NCBI GenBank assembly: GCA_028826165.1
Contig: JAPDFW010000068.1
Span: 1 to 64,000 of the forward strand
DNA: 64,000 nucleotides
Direction of reading: 5' to 3'
DNA from: Anaeramoeba ignava BMAN
Taxonomy: Eukaryota > Protista > Anaeramoebae
Position numbers and translations under genes: made by a program. Each line of letters starts with the position of its first letter. Positions within the stretch are counted from its first letter, which is position 1. Below, in pieces: positions 61,601 to 64,000 of the stretch. The notes under the pieces were generated by a model, which had not been told where the DNA came from, ran no database searches, and saw only the letters and a program-made list of their open reading frames with translations.

Positions 61601-63431
61601 TCATTTCTTTTTTCTTTGTTCTTTTTTTTCTTCTTCTTCTTGAATTTTTTTTGGGATACAATAAACTTCCATTTCCACAATTTCAAAATCTTTAGAAGCA
61701 CCAGCTAAAAATTTTTGAGTTTCAAAGGGATAACTTTTTTTTTGAGGAGATTTATAAGCTGTTCCAAAAAAAGAATATCCTTTTTTCAAATCACCATGAA
61801 TCCCAATATCAGAACCACCCAAACCACCTCCAAATAAAGGACCAAAATTATCATGATATTGGAGTGCGAATTTTGATCTTGATGGGATAATACTGAATTT
61901 TTGAGGAGGAGAATTCTCTCCATTTTTCAAAGTGAAAATAAATGCCTTGCTGTCTTCAATATATCCTTTATCCTTTGCCTTTTCTTTATCCCATCCCACT
62001 TCACTATATCCTCCAAATATTGATATTTTATTGTCAAATTTTGATTTGAATCAGAACCAAAGTTTGTCCTTGTTTATCGCAAATGGAATGGAATTTTTTT
62101 GGTTCTTTTGAATTTGAAAGAATTTTAACAGCATTTTTCATGAAAATTGGATCATTGATCCATTCCTCTAAATACATTTTATAATTGTAAATTTTTTCAA
62201 TATAATTTAGGTTTTGGGAATTGCTTGGACTTTTGTTTTTTCTTTTGTTTTTGTTTTGCTTTTCTCTGTTGGATTTTTTTCTGTTTTTTGGACTTTGTTT
62301 CGGTTTTTCTTTTTGTTGGAGTGAATCTTCTTGATCCTTAAATATATTTTGTGATTGTAATATTGTTGAATCCCAAGGACAAGAAATCCATTTCAATAGA
62401 ATTTTTTCTGAAGGAAAATATGTTTTGTTTTGTTTATAACGTTCCACAAAACCCTCTTCATGAATTCTATATTTTGATTCTATTTCCTTGAAAACTGGAT
62501 GATCTTCAATATCTAAATATTTGTTTTTGATATTAATTAAAGAATCTAAAGGTCGGAAAAGTTCATTTTGCTTGATTTTTTCTGGGTTGATTGAATGGGT
62601 TGCAATCATTGAATTTATGAAGGAACTTTCTTGCGGATCTTTGTAATCTTGTGGGATGTATATTATCTGATTGTTGATTTGATTTTTTTCTTGGGATTTG
62701 AATTCATGCTCGTAATTTTTAATCCATTTTTTAAAAAATTCTTGCTGCTTTTCAATCAATACATGTCTTTCAAGAAACTCTAACAAAGTTCCTTTTGATA
62801 AAATGGGTGGAATTTCTTTGAAATATGGGATCCAAAAAAAGTTATTTGATATAAAACTAAGAAAATAATTAAAGCTTTTTGGGAATTGATTTTTGAAAAG
62901 GGAAATTTTTTCTGGGAAATCCTTGATAATATTGAACAATTTAATCAATTTAAGATATGGTTGGAACAATTCTTTTGAAAGAATAATGTTGTTGTGATCT
63001 TTTTCCAAATCAATATTTATATTTTTTTCAAAATCAACACTTGGTTTTTTTTCCAAATTAATTTTTGTTTGATTTTCCGAATCAATATTTGCTTCGTTTT
63101 CAAAATGATTCCAAATTGGTATTAATATTTCAGGATAAATATAGTTTTTGTTTTTTTGAAAGAAATCAATGATTTCATTTTCAATTTCTTTGAAATTTGG
63201 ATGAAGTTTTTTGTTATAAATAAAATAAAGAATATTTTTGAAAATTTCTTCTGGAATTTCAATTTTTATTTTGTGATTGTTTTTCTGTTTTTTTAATATA
63301 TTGATTATAAATGGCCAGCCAGAAAATGTAAGAAGATGTTTATGAGATAAAAATTGTTGATTTGATAAAATAAATTTTATATCTGAAAATTTTTGAATTG
63401 GTTGATCTTTATTTTGATCCCAAACAAACAT
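61601..63431 (-). CDS. BTB - TLDc protein (one apparent frameshift near 62045)
   Basis: N-terminal FSDIKFI..SHKHLL..ILYFIY (BTB-like). The TLDc domain FHSICDKQGQTLVLIQ / IFGGYSEVGW..AFIFTLKN..GPLFGGG..EMEVY is split by one extra base. Confidence 0.82.
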
Positions 63432-63588
63432 AATTTTTTTTTAATTTTAAAAAAAAAAGAAAAAATGAAAATTAAATTTTTTTTCATTTTTTCCTTTTTT
63501 TTCTAATAAACAATTCAATTTAAAAAAATTTCAGTTTAAAAATTTAAAACAAAATTAATTTAAAAAAAAATTTTTTTTTATGTGATAA

Positions 63589-64000
63589 ATGGATCAAAAC
63601 GAAGCACAACTTTTTGAAGAAATTTTAATTAATATTTTATCACCAAATAATTTTTTAAGAGGAGAAGCTGAAGAAAAATATAAAAGTCTTTTAGAAAACA
63701 ATTCAGAATTATGTCTTTTTTCTTTAATAGATCGATTAGAAAATTCAAATCAACAAAAAGTATTTTTATTTTAAAAAAAAAAAATTAATTAATTTATAAA
63801 AAATAAAAAAAAAATTTTTTTCATAAATAAAAAAAAAAGAAACCAAAATTTAACAGAAAAATATTTAATTTAATTTAATTTTAATTTTATTTAATTTATT
63901 ATTTATTTTAATTTTATTATTTATTTAGGTTAAAGATTTATCAATGATTTTATTAAGACAATCTGTTATTCATAATTTTTTAGATGGTGAAAAATTATTC
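63589..64000 (+). CDS. Importin-beta/karyopherin family protein (importin-5-like), 5' part
   Basis: ILSPNNFLRGEAEEKY..; intron 63760-63928; then VKDLSMILLRQ, typical of the N-terminal HEAT repeats. Confidence 0.75.

Noticed and set aside
62034-62055. Frameshift inside the TLDc domain as programmed recoding or pseudogenisation
   Set aside because: One extra A in a short homopolymer with an intact domain on both sides; a sequencing error is simpler, though not excluded without reads.
1-64000. Inteins, transposases, tRNA/rRNA genes or an alternative genetic code
   Set aside because: No Hint, RT or DDE motifs or structured RNA genes were recognised by eye, and apparent in-frame stops resolve as introns or single indels.

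Overview
Very AT-rich, gene-dense eukaryotic genomic DNA with GT-AG spliceosomal introns and the standard code (TAA, TAG and TGA all act as stops). The composition and gene content (RCC1-BTB, BTB-TLDc and VPS9 paralogues, NQ/SK tracts, TCATTTT start-site motifs) suggest an anaerobic protist such as an Anaeramoeba-like metamonad; this is inference only. I reconstruct 19 spliced or intronless protein genes: two armadillo (ARM)-repeat paralogues (one fused to BTB), two Rab GTPases, a DENN and two VPS9 GEF-domain proteins, WDR74/NSA1, a Furry/MOR2-like protein, two RCC1-BTB proteins, SAC3/GANP, pecanex, SPAG7, a five-SH3 protein, a Kelch-BTB (LZTR1-like) protein, BTB-TLDc, a partial importin-beta, a coiled-coil protein and a small orphan. 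No rRNA, tRNA, CRISPR array or transposase was recognised. The most striking feature is invisible in the ORF track: in 1-7800 each ARM repeat is encoded by its own 129-nt phase 1-1 exon, amplified together with its intron. Amino-acid variation is concentrated at a few positions and appears shuffled, and the array is joined to either a BTB or a non-BTB first exon. This is a candidate modular, diversifying recognition/ubiquitin-adaptor system. Other signals are tandem Inr-like TCATTTT motifs at gene starts, intron-private satellites and a probable VPS9 pseudo-GEF. Some homopolymer and repeat regions look poorly polished, so single-base frameshifts are treated as likely errors.
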